From positions 1 through 42,769 of the forward strand of contig JAYVGW010000041.1 in assembly GCA_043771735.1 (NCBI GenBank): a stretch of DNA of 42,769 nt, in the 5' to 3' direction. Below the pieces are notes generated by a model. That model did no database searches. It saw nothing but the letters and a program-made list of their open reading frames with translations, and was not told the origin of the DNA. The translations under genes and the position numbers were made by a program. Origin of the DNA: Methyloglobulus sp. GTDB taxonomy: Bacteria; Pseudomonadota; Gammaproteobacteria; Methylococcales; Methylomonadaceae. Below, piece by piece: positions 1 through 9,953 of the stretch. Each line of letters begins with the position of its first letter. Within the stretch, counting starts at the first letter, position 1.

Positions 1-161
1 ATCGTGGCGGGATTGGAATTCACCAGGATGACGCGATAACCTTCCTCCCGCAACGCCTTGCACGCCTGAGTGCCTGAATAGTCAAACTCGCACGCCTGCC
101 CGATCACAATCGGCCCTGCGCCCAATAACAATATTGATTTTATGTCGTTTCTTTTCGGCAT
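1..161 (-). CDS. carB: carbamoyl-phosphate synthase large subunit, 5' part (runs off window)
   Basis: Manual translation from ATG at 161: [53 protein letters not shown], the canonical CarB N-terminus; directly downstream of carA. Confidence 0.97.
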   Translation of the reverse strand, partial: MPKRNDIKSILLLGAGPIVIGQACEFDYSGTQACKALREEGYRVILVNSNPAT

Positions 162-180
162 TTTAATTACAGATGATTAA

Positions 181-1314
181 TTAGTTTTTGCTGGCTTGGT
201 TCATCATATCGATGAATTCGTCGAACAAACCTCCGACATCGTGCGGCCCAGGGCTGGCTTCGGGATGGCCTTGAAAGCTGAACGCTGGGCAATCCGTACG
301 GCGAATCCCCTGCAAACTGCCGTCAAATAAGGAATGGTAAGTCGCCTCGACATTCGCGGGAAGACTGCTTTCATCAACCGCAAAACCGTGGTTCTGGCTG
401 CTTATCAGCACCCTGCCCGTCGCCTTATGCTGCACAGGATGGTTCGCGCCGTGATGACCGAATTTCATCTTCTCGGTTTTTGCACCACTTGCCAAAGCCA
501 ATAACTGATGACCTAAACAAATACCGAACACTGGAATCTGAGTGGTTAAGATGGTCTTGATCGCATCAATGGCGTAGGTGCAAGACTCAGGATCACCAGG
601 CCCGTTCGATAAAAATACGCCATCAGGATTCATCGCCAAAACCGTATCTGCCGTGGTCGTCGCAGGTACAACCGTCACTCGGCAACCCCGGTTTACTAAT
701 AACCTCAATATATTACGTTTAATACCGAAATCGTAAGCGACCACATGCTTAGATAAAGTTTCACCTTCGGCATGGCCTTTCTGCAAATGCCAGATGTTTT
801 CCGTCCATTCATAAGGCTTATCGGTAGTGACCACTTTAGCCAGATCCATGCCTTTCAAGCCTGGGAAACCCTCAATCGCTGTTTTGGCTTTTTCTACATC
901 AACGGTGTCACCTGCCGCAATACAACCGCGTTGCGCCCCTTTGTCGCGCAGTAAACGGGTCAGTTTACGGGTGTCAATCTCGGCAATGGCGACCACCTGA
1001 TTATCCAGCAAATACTGTTGCAGGGTCTTCTCGCTACGCCAGTTGCTCGCCAGCAAAGGCAAATCCCTGATGACCAATCCGCTGGCAAACACCTTTGCCG
1101 ACTCATCGTCTTCACTGGTCGTCCCGACATTGCCGATGTGCGGATAGGTTAATGTCACAATCTGCTGGGCGTAAGAGGGGTCGCTGAGAATTTCCTGATA
1201 ACCCGTCATCGCCGTATTAAACACGACTTCCCCCACAGAATAGCCATCAGCGCCGATAGCCATCCCATTGAACACCGTACCATCCTCTAATACCAATACT
1301 GCGGACTTAGCCAA
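181..1314 (-). CDS. carA: carbamoyl-phosphate synthase small subunit
   Basis: [41 protein letters not shown] motifs; likely TTG start at 1314 after AAGGTG. Confidence 0.97.
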   Translation of the reverse strand: MAKSAVLVLEDGTVFNGMAIGADGYSVGEVVFNTAMTGYQEILSDPSYAQQIVTLTYPHIGNVGTTSEDDESAKVFASGLVIRDLPLLASNWRSEKTLQQYLLDNQVVAIAEIDTRKLTRLLRDKGAQRGCIAAGDTVDVEKAKTAIEGFPGLKGMDLAKVVTTDKPYEWTENIWHLQKGHAEGETLSKHVVAYDFGIKRNILRLLVNRGCRVTVVPATTTADTVLAMNPDGVFLSNGPGDPESCTYAIDAIKTILTTQIPVFGICLGHQLLALASGAKTEKMKFGHHGANHPVQHKATGRVLISSQNHGFAVDESSLPANVEATYHSLFDGSLQGIRRTDCPAFSFQGHPEASPGPHDVGGLFDEFIDMMNQASKN

Positions 1315-1338
1315 ACACGTCACCTTAATAATATGTGC

Positions 1339-1372
1339 AAAACGGGATGGAACCTGACGGCCACACCCCGTT
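1339..1372 (-). terminator. terminator-like hairpin in the carA leader (possible attenuator)
   Basis: Minus strand aacggggtg...catcccgt followed by a T-run, between a TACAAT -10-like hexamer (~1401-1396) and the carA start. Confidence 0.45.
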
Positions 1373-1434
1373 ATTAAAAAACATAAATCGGTGGGATTGT
1401 ACGGGATTATAGCGTTTGGGTCATTAATAATTTG

Positions 1435-1560
1435 AGGAATCGCTTAATAAGCAGATTCTGTTAAAGGTTTGAACGCTCGACAAGTTAACGACACAAAACA
1501 AATATAATCAACAACATACCACAGTTCCTCAGCCTATCGAAGAACTTAACCAGAAGTCCA
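1435..1560. repeat. degenerate interspersed repeat (TTCGACAAGCTC / GTCGAAGGAC type)
   Basis: ggtttgaacgctcgacaagttaacgac...aatcaacaaca...tatcgaagaactta aligns by eye with ggttcgaccgttcgacaaactcacgac...aatcgacaca...ttgaaggactta at 25308-25390. Confidence 0.45.
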
Positions 1561-1678
1561 TCAATCTTTGTCTGATTAATGCTCAAGCTCACATACCCCA
1601 AGGAAAGCGGGTTCAAGCCTTAAATAAATGCCGATGTAGACTAGAATGATAGGCTTTAGGCAAGAACTCGGAGGCATT

Positions 1679-2773
1679 TTGAGTCGTGCTCAACGTATCC
1701 AAAGTGTAGATATATTCAAATTGCTTGCGATTATTGCAGTCATTGCAATCCATACCACGCCATTTGAGATCGATTTACAGGGTAGCAACAATTTTTACAG
1801 CTATCTTTTTGTAATTATTAACCAATTAGCCAGATTCGCCGTACCCTTTTTCTTTGTTGTTTCTGGATATTTCTGGGGCGCAGCCATAAGAATTGACAAT
1901 GAAGTCATACCGCACTCAATAAAGCTGGTTAAAAAAATAGCGACCATTTTCTTATTTTGGTGCGTTATCTATCTACCGCTTTACAATTCAACCTTCAAGG
2001 GACAAGGGCTTCTGGATTTAGTTAAAGCTGTTTTTTGGGGTGTCCACTGGCATATCAGAACTCTTATACAACATCCTGTGGTTTTGCTTATGGCAGGCAC
2101 CAAGGGGCACTTATGGTTTCTGATAGGGTTGATATTTGCCGTCGGGATAAGTGCCATTTTTATATACCAAAAATGGCTTAAAAGCCTCATTATTTTCTCC
2201 ATAGCGTTATACATAACGGGTGTCCTCGCGGGGGCGTATTCAAACACACCCATAGGAATTGCAAGCGAATTCAATACCCGCAACGGGCCATTTTTTAGCA
2301 CTTTGCTTTTTGTGTCGGGCTATTTCATTTCAAGTTTACCCATAACCACTCGCTGGTTGAGATATGGTTTTTTGGTATTTTGCCTAGGCTGTATCGTTCA
2401 TTTTTCGGAACTTTATGTTCTGTGGCGAGTTTACGGCATTTCACCCCTACAAAATTATGTCTTCGGCACTTATTTTATGGGGGTTGGCGTAGCCATGATG
2501 GCATTGTCGAATCATCAAGCTTTGCAAAGTCAATTCCTAGGCAACATAGGCCAAATGACATTAGGAATATATGCAATTCATTATATCTATGTTGATCTTT
2601 TAACTGTAATTGACCAAAAAATCCATTCGCTGATATGGGAAATCGGCTATGTACTGATCGTACTCGTATTGTCTGTACTGTCCACAGTAGCACTTTCTCA
2701 GTTTGATTTTACAAGAAGATATGCTTTGGCTGAAAGACGGACTCTCGGAGACAGACGGAAAACCCTAAGGTAA
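1679..2773 (+). CDS. acyltransferase family 3 (OafA/WecH-like) integral membrane O-acyltransferase
   Basis: RIQSVDIFKLLAIIAVIAIH, RFAVPFFFVVSGYF, HLWFL, TLGIYAIH motifs; about 10 hydrophobic segments; GGAGG before TTG at 1679. Confidence 0.85.
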   Translation: MSRAQRIQSVDIFKLLAIIAVIAIHTTPFEIDLQGSNNFYSYLFVIINQLARFAVPFFFVVSGYFWGAAIRIDNEVIPHSIKLVKKIATIFLFWCVIYLPLYNSTFKGQGLLDLVKAVFWGVHWHIRTLIQHPVVLLMAGTKGHLWFLIGLIFAVGISAIFIYQKWLKSLIIFSIALYITGVLAGAYSNTPIGIASEFNTRNGPFFSTLLFVSGYFISSLPITTRWLRYGFLVFCLGCIVHFSELYVLWRVYGISPLQNYVFGTYFMGVGVAMMALSNHQALQSQFLGNIGQMTLGIYAIHYIYVDLLTVIDQKIHSLIWEIGYVLIVLVLSVLSTVALSQFDFTRRYALAERRTLGDRRKTLR

Positions 2774-2958
2774 GCTAATTACCTTGTGCAAGACGGGTGT
2801 GCTTGAGCGATTGGTGGACTATGGAGAGAAAAGAGCATGGGAATGAAATGCGAAAAACCGGTACTTGGTTGCAGGGTTATCGTGCCACTGCGTCTTAACT
2901 TTTAACATTTAGCCGCGCCATCTACGTATTCAGATAGCATGGATTTTTTTCCTAAGTC

Positions 2959-4398
2959 TCAAACGCTAGTCCCGCCCACCGTGATGCCGTCAATCTTGAT
3001 TGTCGGCTGACCTACGCCTACCGGTACACTTTGGCCTTCTTTACCGCAAGTGCCTACACCGCTATCCAGTTGGAGGTCGTTACCGACCATGGACACTTTA
3101 GTCAGTACATCAGGGCCGTTTCCGATCAGGGTTGCTCCTTTGACTGGACGGGTTATTTTGCCGTTTTCGATGAGATAGGCTTCGCTGGCGGAAAAGACGA
3201 ATTTGCCAGAGGTGATATCGACCTGACCGCCAGCAAAATTCTTGGCGTAAAGGCCTTTTTTGACGGACTTGATGATGTCCTCGGGATTATCCTTTCCTGG
3301 CAACATATAAGTATTGGTCATGCGCGGCATGGGCAAATGTGCGTAAGATTCGCGCCGGCCATTTCCCGTTGGTTTAACGCCCATCAACCTGGCATTGAGC
3401 TTGTCTTGCATATAACCTTTCAGGATGCCTTTTTCAATCAATACGGTGTTTTCTGTTGGTGTACCTTCATCGTCGATGCTTAAGGATCCGCGACGACTTT
3501 GTAAAGTGCCATCATCGACGACTGTACATAAATCAGAGGCGACGCGCTCACCGACACGACCGCTAAATGCCGACGTGCCTTTGCGGTTGAAATCACCTTC
3601 CAGTCCGTGTCCGATGGCTTCGTGCAATAAAATGCCCGGCCAGCCTGGGCCTAACACGACCGTCATATTTCCGGCTGGGGCTTCTCCTGCTTCTAGGTTA
3701 ACCAATGCTTGCCGGACGGCTTCGCGCCCATAAGCCATTGCCGCATCTTCATCAATAAAGAAACTGTAGTCGGTGCGGCCACCGCCGCCCATGCTCGCTT
3801 GCTCGCGCTTACCGTTTTCCACAACGATGACAGAGACATTCATCCGCACCAAAGGCCGTATATCAGCCGCCAAAGAGCCGTCCTGGCTGGCAACCAAGAC
3901 ACATTCATGGACACCGACGAGGCTGACGATGACTTCTTCAACACGGTTGTCCAATTTGCGGGTTTCGGCATCAACCCTGCGTAATAAGTCTATTTTTGCT
4001 TGGTCACCCAGTGATTTTAAGGGATTGACCATCTCGTAATAACGCAGCCAATTGGTTGTTTTAGGCAACCCTACTTGGGCTTCCTGACCTTGCCTGACGA
4101 TTGCTTTGACATTATGTGCCGCTTCCAGCAACACAGGAAGTTCAATGCGGTCGCTGTAAGCAAAACCGGTTTTTTCACCCGCAACCGCTCTTACACCTGC
4201 ACCTTGTTCAATATTGTAACTGCCTTGTTTGATGATACCGCTTTCCAGCGCCCAGGATTCTGAGTGGCTGGTCTGAAAGTAAATATCGGCGGCATCGACA
4301 GGCACACTGAGCAACTGGTTCATGATTTTTTGGATGTCACTGTCCTGCATTCCAGTAGGCGTGAGTATCGTTTGTCGCGCAAGGTTTAGTAATTCCAT
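2959..4398 (-). CDS. tldD: metalloprotease TldD
   Basis: [45 protein letters not shown]. Confidence 0.97.
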   Translation of the reverse strand: MELLNLARQTILTPTGMQDSDIQKIMNQLLSVPVDAADIYFQTSHSESWALESGIIKQGSYNIEQGAGVRAVAGEKTGFAYSDRIELPVLLEAAHNVKAIVRQGQEAQVGLPKTTNWLRYYEMVNPLKSLGDQAKIDLLRRVDAETRKLDNRVEEVIVSLVGVHECVLVASQDGSLAADIRPLVRMNVSVIVVENGKREQASMGGGGRTDYSFFIDEDAAMAYGREAVRQALVNLEAGEAPAGNMTVVLGPGWPGILLHEAIGHGLEGDFNRKGTSAFSGRVGERVASDLCTVVDDGTLQSRRGSLSIDDEGTPTENTVLIEKGILKGYMQDKLNARLMGVKPTGNGRRESYAHLPMPRMTNTYMLPGKDNPEDIIKSVKKGLYAKNFAGGQVDITSGKFVFSASEAYLIENGKITRPVKGATLIGNGPDVLTKVSMVGNDLQLDSGVGTCGKEGQSVPVGVGQPTIKIDGITVGGTSV

Positions 4399-4422
4399 TA
4401 ATAATTCATATTGTTAGCTAAT

Positions 4423-4599
4423 GGGAACCTCTAATAATCCCCTCTCCCTCTGGGAGAGGGCTAGGGTGAGGGAGTAACCGCTTGATTTTAAATCCCTCAT
4501 CCCAACCTTCTCGGCAATAGCTCCTGCATTGCCCTACTACCTACATCCATGTAGGCATCCCAAAGGGAGAAGGAGTTTTTTGAATTTTTAGAGGTTGTC
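4423..4599. mobile_element. MITE-like element, copy 1 (reverse orientation to 41694-41824), carrying a nested insertion
   Basis: Imperfect TIRs gggaacctctaataat / atttttagaggttgtc; internal ccctctccc..gggagaggg and ccttctc..gagaagg hairpins; colinear with the reverse complement of 41694-41824. Confidence 0.85.
4513..4557. mobile_element. 45-bp two-hairpin mini-element inserted into the MITE, flanked by duplicated TC
   Basis: TC-ggcaatagctcctgcattgccctactacctacatccatgtaggca-TC is absent from the sister copy, which reads ccttctcccgaaggg; hairpins ggcaat/attgcc and cctacat/atgtagg. Confidence 0.75.
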
Positions 4600-4638
4600 T
4601 AATGTTGATTCGGTTTATTGGTTCGGATAATACAATCA

Positions 4639-5232
4639 TTATTCATTTTTTATGTCATCATGCAAGGTGTCATACAGCAATTCCAAAAGTTTTACCGATT
4701 GATCCTCAGAAGAGCTGTCGGCGACACCGTCTTTAAGGCTGCCTGCATCATTTTGTTCATCCTTGCTTGCCAAGCTTACGGTCACTTGGGTTTCTTCACC
4801 CTGGGGTTCAGCTTTCAGCATATAAGTCGGCTGGTTTTTCTCCCCGCCCAATAATGATGCCGCAGAGCCGAACAGGCCGCTGCCACCATAAGCCACATAG
4901 TAAAGGCCTTTGCTGCGGTCTTGGTCCGGCACTTTAAGGTCATTATGTTCAATCGCACGACCCAAGAGACTCCATGCCTCATCAAAGCTGCGTTTGATTT
5001 TTAATTCCGAAGCCGAGCCTTCAGTCATATAGACATCGGCCTTGAGGCCTTTGCCATGCCGCCTTACTGGGTTTTCAAGTTCGTTGACTGCCACCTGTTC
5101 AGCAGTTTGCTTGTCGATAGGCAACTCAGGCGGACGCTCCAGGTTGGCATTATCCTTGTAGCGACTATTGTCCGTCGTGCCACAGGCTGACAATAACAAG
5201 GAAACCAGTAGAATTATGACGGTTGTACGCAT
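4639..5232 (-). CDS. outer-membrane lipoprotein, BamC/NlpB-like
   Basis: Lipobox LLSAC, LERPPEL, FDEAWSLLGRA...DQDRSKGLYYV typical of the NlpB/BamC C-terminal domain. Confidence 0.75.
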   Translation of the reverse strand: MRTTVIILLVSLLLSACGTTDNSRYKDNANLERPPELPIDKQTAEQVAVNELENPVRRHGKGLKADVYMTEGSASELKIKRSFDEAWSLLGRAIEHNDLKVPDQDRSKGLYYVAYGGSGLFGSAASLLGGEKNQPTYMLKAEPQGEETQVTVSLASKDEQNDAGSLKDGVADSSSEDQSVKLLELLYDTLHDDIKNE

Positions 5233-5233
5233 A

Positions 5234-6052
5234 TTATTCACAGTTAAAGCGCCGATGGTTAAGCACGGGGAAAGCATTGCGGACTTTAGCCAGCTTTTCA
5301 AGGTCAATATCCGCAGCCACGAAACCTGCGCCAGTTTTATAGCAATCCAGCACTACTCCCCAAGGGTCGATAATCATGCTATGCCCGTAAGTTTTACGGC
5401 CATTAAGGTGAAAACCGCCCTGGTTGGGGGCAATGACGTAACACAAATTTTCTATGGCGCGCGCGCGCAATAACACTTCCCAATGCGCAGAACCCGTCCT
5501 TGCAGTGAATGCGGAAGGTATCACCAAGATTTCCATCCCTTGCGCACCCAGCTTGCGGAAATACTCTGGAAAACGCAAGTCATAGCAGACTGCGATACCC
5601 AGCTTGCCAAACGGGGAATCCAGCACCAACAGTTGATCGCCCCGCTCTATGCTATCGGATTCCCGGTAAACTTCATCCGTACCCGGCACGTTGACATCGA
5701 ACAGGTGCATTTTGTCATAACGGGCGACTCTTTCACCGTACTCGTTATAGATGACACAAGCGGCACGGACTTTGTTGTCGTCATCGCCCGCAATAGGAAT
5801 CGTGCCGCCAACAAGCCACACCCCATATTTTTTTGCAGTCGATGACAAAAACTTTTGGATAGGCCCTGTACCATCGGTTTCTTTGATTTTGACCTTGTCT
5901 ATTTCGCGGTCGCCCATCATGGCAAAGTTTTCCGGCAACGCAACCAGTTTTGCGCCAGTTTTGACCGCTTCGGCAATCAGTTTTTCGGCTTCCAACAGAT
6001 TGGAACTGACGCTAGGGCCTGATGCCATTTGTATGGCTGCACACTTATTCAT
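5234..6052 (-). CDS. carbon-nitrogen hydrolase (Nit1/deaminated glutathione amidase-like)
   Basis: LPENF, YDKMHLFDV, VCYDLRFPE (Glu-Lys-Cys triad); conserved yhdP-nit-tldD context. Confidence 0.92.
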   Translation of the reverse strand: MNKCAAIQMASGPSVSSNLLEAEKLIAEAVKTGAKLVALPENFAMMGDREIDKVKIKETDGTGPIQKFLSSTAKKYGVWLVGGTIPIAGDDDNKVRAACVIYNEYGERVARYDKMHLFDVNVPGTDEVYRESDSIERGDQLLVLDSPFGKLGIAVCYDLRFPEYFRKLGAQGMEILVIPSAFTARTGSAHWEVLLRARAIENLCYVIAPNQGGFHLNGRKTYGHSMIIDPWGVVLDCYKTGAGFVAADIDLEKLAKVRNAFPVLNHRRFNCE

Positions 6053-6065
6053 TCACATAGCCTTT

Positions 6066-9000
6066 TCATTTTTGTTGTTCTTCTTCATCCCACGGAAAAT
6101 CGGTAATGCTCTTCCAGGTTTTTTGGAATAAGCCATCGTTTTCATGCAGCGAACTGACTTTGACATCCTGCCAGTCTCCTTTCACCAGATATTCTGTGCC
6201 AAGGAAAAACCCCTCTTGGTCTTTTCCGGTTAAGGTCTTGCCGACCATTGCGGCTACCTTGCCTACGATTGTACCAGCAATAGGGACGGCATCTAAACTT
6301 TTGGGGACCACTTTAATGACGTGGTCAACCGTTTGTTTGACCAGGTCGGTATCGCCGGTAATCGTAATTTTGGCAGGTACGGCATCAATAAATAAATTTT
6401 TAGTGCTTGCTTTGCCATTCAACAGGTCAAAGTGTCCCTTGATACTATTGAAAGTCAAGCCTTCTTCATAAATATCGCTGAAATCCAGTTGTAAGCGCTT
6501 GATCCACTGCGCGACTGCCAGAATCCCCAAAACACGGCCAAACCCTGGATCAATGCTCAAGATACGGCCATTTTTTAGCTTGACATCCATACCCCCCCGC
6601 AAATCGGGCAAGGACATTTGCCACGGCGCAGCATTCCAGTTGAGCTTAAAGTCAATCACACCGCTGGTGTCCGTTAAGTCTTTGGTAATATGGAGCTTAT
6701 CGAAAAGCTGATCCGCCCGTTTCATGTTAAGGCGGCCTTTAAGATGGGTTGTCGAAGTCACGCCATTGTCTTTCCAGTCACCCGTCATAGCCAGCGTTTC
6801 ATTTTCGCCATCCAGATCCAGGCGTTTTATAAGCATGCCCTGCGGCGTACGCACTGTTTCCAGGTTTAATTCCCCAAGATTTTCAGACTGCCATAAGGTT
6901 TTTTTACTGTGTACATTGAGCAACGGCTTAAGCCCCGAACTGGCGGCATCGCCCTGGAAGCTGAATTGTTTTAAGGCAGACAGATTTAGCATGTCCATAT
7001 CCAGGCTAATGGGATTTGCACCTTGTAGATCAGTTGGTAACTGGAATTTGCCTTTTGCGACAGTGCTGTCAATCTCACCAGCCCAGAAATTTTGGCTGCG
7101 TTTTAAGGCCAAATCAAATGCGCCTAGCCGGGTTTTTTTCCACATTGCCGACGCGCTGTGTATTTTTATTTCACTAATATCGAGGCTGGCATTACTTGCC
7201 TGTTGTTGGGTGGCCGCCATGCCCAGCCATTCTTGTAAGGGCAGTTGATCCCGATTAATCTCCAGCTTTATTCCTGGGGCTATGCGCTGCCTCGCTTCGC
7301 CTATACCAATTAAAACATGCCCGGAATTAATTTTTCTCTCCCTAGCATTAAGACTTATGGCAGCTTTCAACTCATTGTTATAATTCAATTCTATGGGTAG
7401 CGCCAGCTCGTCACTTAAGCTAATCGTCAGCTCTGTGGGTCTTTTCTCGTCCTTGGTTTTGGTTAATGCACCTGGAAGTTGTAATGCCACCCCTTCCAAG
7501 GTCGATTTCACAGCTATCTGAACCGGAGTGCTTTCCGAATCAGCGCTGGGGATTTGTAATTGAAACTGGTATTCGCCCTCGCCTTCCGCCTGTTGCGATT
7601 CAGGCCACTCAAACAAATGTTCTATGTCACTAACCTTGGCCTTGCCGTCCACGCTTATCAGGGTTTGTTGGTCGGCCTGGGCAATGTTGACTTTTATAGG
7701 ATGCCCAAGCGCGAAGGCTTGGATGCCATCGCCATAAATCCCCCGTTTGTTGAACTTTAAGTCGCCGTTTATCTTGTCAATTTTTAAGCCTGGCCGCTTG
7801 ACAGTTAACTGGGCATTGTTCAACTGGGCACTGCCATCAACTTTGATTTCGCGGCCTGGGCGCAAAGGGATGGCCAGATCCAGCGTAGCCTTGGTCGTCC
7901 CTCGTATGGTCGTATGCGTTGTCACTGGGTTCACCTGACTTGCCAAGGGCGATTGTTGCAGGACATCCAGGATCTGGTTTATCTCCCCTTGCCCTTCACC
8001 TTTGATAGTCAATAGCTCGTCAACCCCTAAACCGGTAATCAACATTTCGGCTTTGTTGATGCCGACCTTGCCAATTTGGCCTCGATTAAAGGCCCCCTTT
8101 ATGCTATTTTTTTCAATTGAAAGCACACCCTTAATACCGGAAATGGGCTGCCATTCGGGATGATAATTTAGCTCGACCTTATCCAGGTTTAGCTTGGCTT
8201 CAAACACGCCAGTGCCGTCGGCGAATGGAAAATCATCAGGCTTACCATAGAATAGCAAATCGCCTTTGGTTAGCTTACCGCCGACAAAAGCATTGCTTAT
8301 CCAGCCCGTTAGCTTCTCTTTCATGATTTGCGTTGGCAGATAAGCTGTGACTTGGCTTAGGTCATCACTATTGAATGATGTTTGCAGGTCAATGAAAGGT
8401 TTTTCTTCAGTTTTAGGGATACGGATGAGGAAGCGGCTTTCGCTCTGGAATGCCGGGCAATTCAGCCCAATAGCTTGGCTAGATAAAACCCATTGATCCT
8501 CAGCTTGTTGCCAAGAAAATAAGCCTTTGACTTGGTTGAACAATACTGGTTTGCCGAATAGCTGTGGAACTTTAATATGGACATCCCGGCTGGCCAGCTC
8601 GACTTTGCCCAGCTTGTCGCTGCCCTTGACCTTGCCGGTAATATTTTCTACTCCTGGCATGATAGGCAATGGCTCAATACTTAAGGAATCAAACCAACCA
8701 GCGATGGCAAAGCTTTTTGGTTCAGGTTCAACATATAAGGAAAAGTCCTTTATTAAGCCCCTAGCCTGGGCTTGCACCAACGACTGCGATTGTTCACCGG
8801 TCAGTGGCGCAAAGAAATGCAATAGTTTGGAAAACTCTGCCAAATCCAGTTGTTTGGCGAACATCCTCAATTTCCGATACCCAGTGTCTACGGCTTTTTC
8901 CGTAGCAATGCTGACAATAGCATCCGGCCATTTTTTACTGGCTTTTTTGTTTTCCCCGCCCGATTCCAGTAAGAAACGGTTGATGCCTACAAGCCATTGC

Positions 9001-9908
9001 TGATCTTTTGTTTGCCCGTTAAACTGGGTGTCCAGATGGTTAATAACAAAATTGCCCTTCCCGCTCCGGGAGAACGCCGCCTGCCTTAATTGCGCGTCGC
9101 CCATCACCGAAATCAGCTCGGCATGTTGCCATCGGCCCCAAGCCTTAAAATCAGCCGAACCAGCCGTCATGCGGATATCGAAAGGCAGATAGTTGGACAC
9201 AAGCCCGTGTAGCTTGACATTCTTGCCTTCAACAAACACAGTCCCTTTAATGTCACCAGGCTTATCTAGTGCGCCCTCGAAATCCATGGCCACTTTTAAA
9301 CCGTCTCCGTATTTTTGCGGCAACTTCGTCAACATATTGATGCGATGGTGGTTGCCGTCGTTCATCACTGCCACATTGACCGAATCCAGCACCAAGGCCG
9401 CCCCGCCTTTTTGCTGGTCTTGCCAGGTAATTTGGCTTTGTAAAACCTCGTATCTCCGCCCTTGCAGCAACCAGAGCGGCTGCCCCTCCCCTGCCCTTAC
9501 CCTTAAGCCCTCAACGGCAATTTGACCGTCTTGTTTGCGCGTCACGGAAAGCCTTGCACCCACCAAGGTAACCCAGGACGACGACAACATGTCCCTGCTA
9601 AGTAAAAATTCGCCCAAATCGATCCCTATGCGAATTTCTTTAAGCTCAATACGGGATTTTTCTGTTGGTAACGCCGAAGCGACGCTCACCTCTTTCAAAA
9701 CCAGTTCGGGGCTAACGCCACGCATCTTGGTGCTTACGCTGCCCAGCTTTACCGGCACGCCTACCAATGCGCTGACGCGGGCTTCTAAGATGGCTTTATA
9801 GCTGTCAACACCGGTCAATGCCAGCCGCACACCGCTCAAGCTGATAGCGACTAGCAATAATGACCAGAAAATTAAATGCCGGGTTGCCCGTTTGACGTGA
9901 TGGATCAT
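6066..9908 (-). CDS. yhdP: YhdP, AsmA-like phospholipid transport protein
   Basis: 1280 aa, N-terminal TM, C-terminal AsmA_2 region (RLQLDFSDIYEEGLTFNSIKG); lies between rng and nit-tldD. Confidence 0.9.
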   Translation of the reverse strand: MIHHVKRATRHLIFWSLLLVAISLSGVRLALTGVDSYKAILEARVSALVGVPVKLGSVSTKMRGVSPELVLKEVSVASALPTEKSRIELKEIRIGIDLGEFLLSRDMLSSSWVTLVGARLSVTRKQDGQIAVEGLRVRAGEGQPLWLLQGRRYEVLQSQITWQDQQKGGAALVLDSVNVAVMNDGNHHRINMLTKLPQKYGDGLKVAMDFEGALDKPGDIKGTVFVEGKNVKLHGLVSNYLPFDIRMTAGSADFKAWGRWQHAELISVMGDAQLRQAAFSRSGKGNFVINHLDTQFNGQTKDQQWLVGINRFLLESGGENKKASKKWPDAIVSIATEKAVDTGYRKLRMFAKQLDLAEFSKLLHFFAPLTGEQSQSLVQAQARGLIKDFSLYVEPEPKSFAIAGWFDSLSIEPLPIMPGVENITGKVKGSDKLGKVELASRDVHIKVPQLFGKPVLFNQVKGLFSWQQAEDQWVLSSQAIGLNCPAFQSESRFLIRIPKTEEKPFIDLQTSFNSDDLSQVTAYLPTQIMKEKLTGWISNAFVGGKLTKGDLLFYGKPDDFPFADGTGVFEAKLNLDKVELNYHPEWQPISGIKGVLSIEKNSIKGAFNRGQIGKVGINKAEMLITGLGVDELLTIKGEGQGEINQILDVLQQSPLASQVNPVTTHTTIRGTTKATLDLAIPLRPGREIKVDGSAQLNNAQLTVKRPGLKIDKINGDLKFNKRGIYGDGIQAFALGHPIKVNIAQADQQTLISVDGKAKVSDIEHLFEWPESQQAEGEGEYQFQLQIPSADSESTPVQIAVKSTLEGVALQLPGALTKTKDEKRPTELTISLSDELALPIELNYNNELKAAISLNARERKINSGHVLIGIGEARQRIAPGIKLEINRDQLPLQEWLGMAATQQQASNASLDISEIKIHSASAMWKKTRLGAFDLALKRSQNFWAGEIDSTVAKGKFQLPTDLQGANPISLDMDMLNLSALKQFSFQGDAASSGLKPLLNVHSKKTLWQSENLGELNLETVRTPQGMLIKRLDLDGENETLAMTGDWKDNGVTSTTHLKGRLNMKRADQLFDKLHITKDLTDTSGVIDFKLNWNAAPWQMSLPDLRGGMDVKLKNGRILSIDPGFGRVLGILAVAQWIKRLQLDFSDIYEEGLTFNSIKGHFDLLNGKASTKNLFIDAVPAKITITGDTDLVKQTVDHVIKVVPKSLDAVPIAGTIVGKVAAMVGKTLTGKDQEGFFLGTEYLVKGDWQDVKVSSLHENDGLFQKTWKSITDFPWDEEEQQK

Positions 9909-9953
9909 GACGGTTAGTTATTGGCTGTGTAAGCTATTTCTAGCAAGTTTAAG

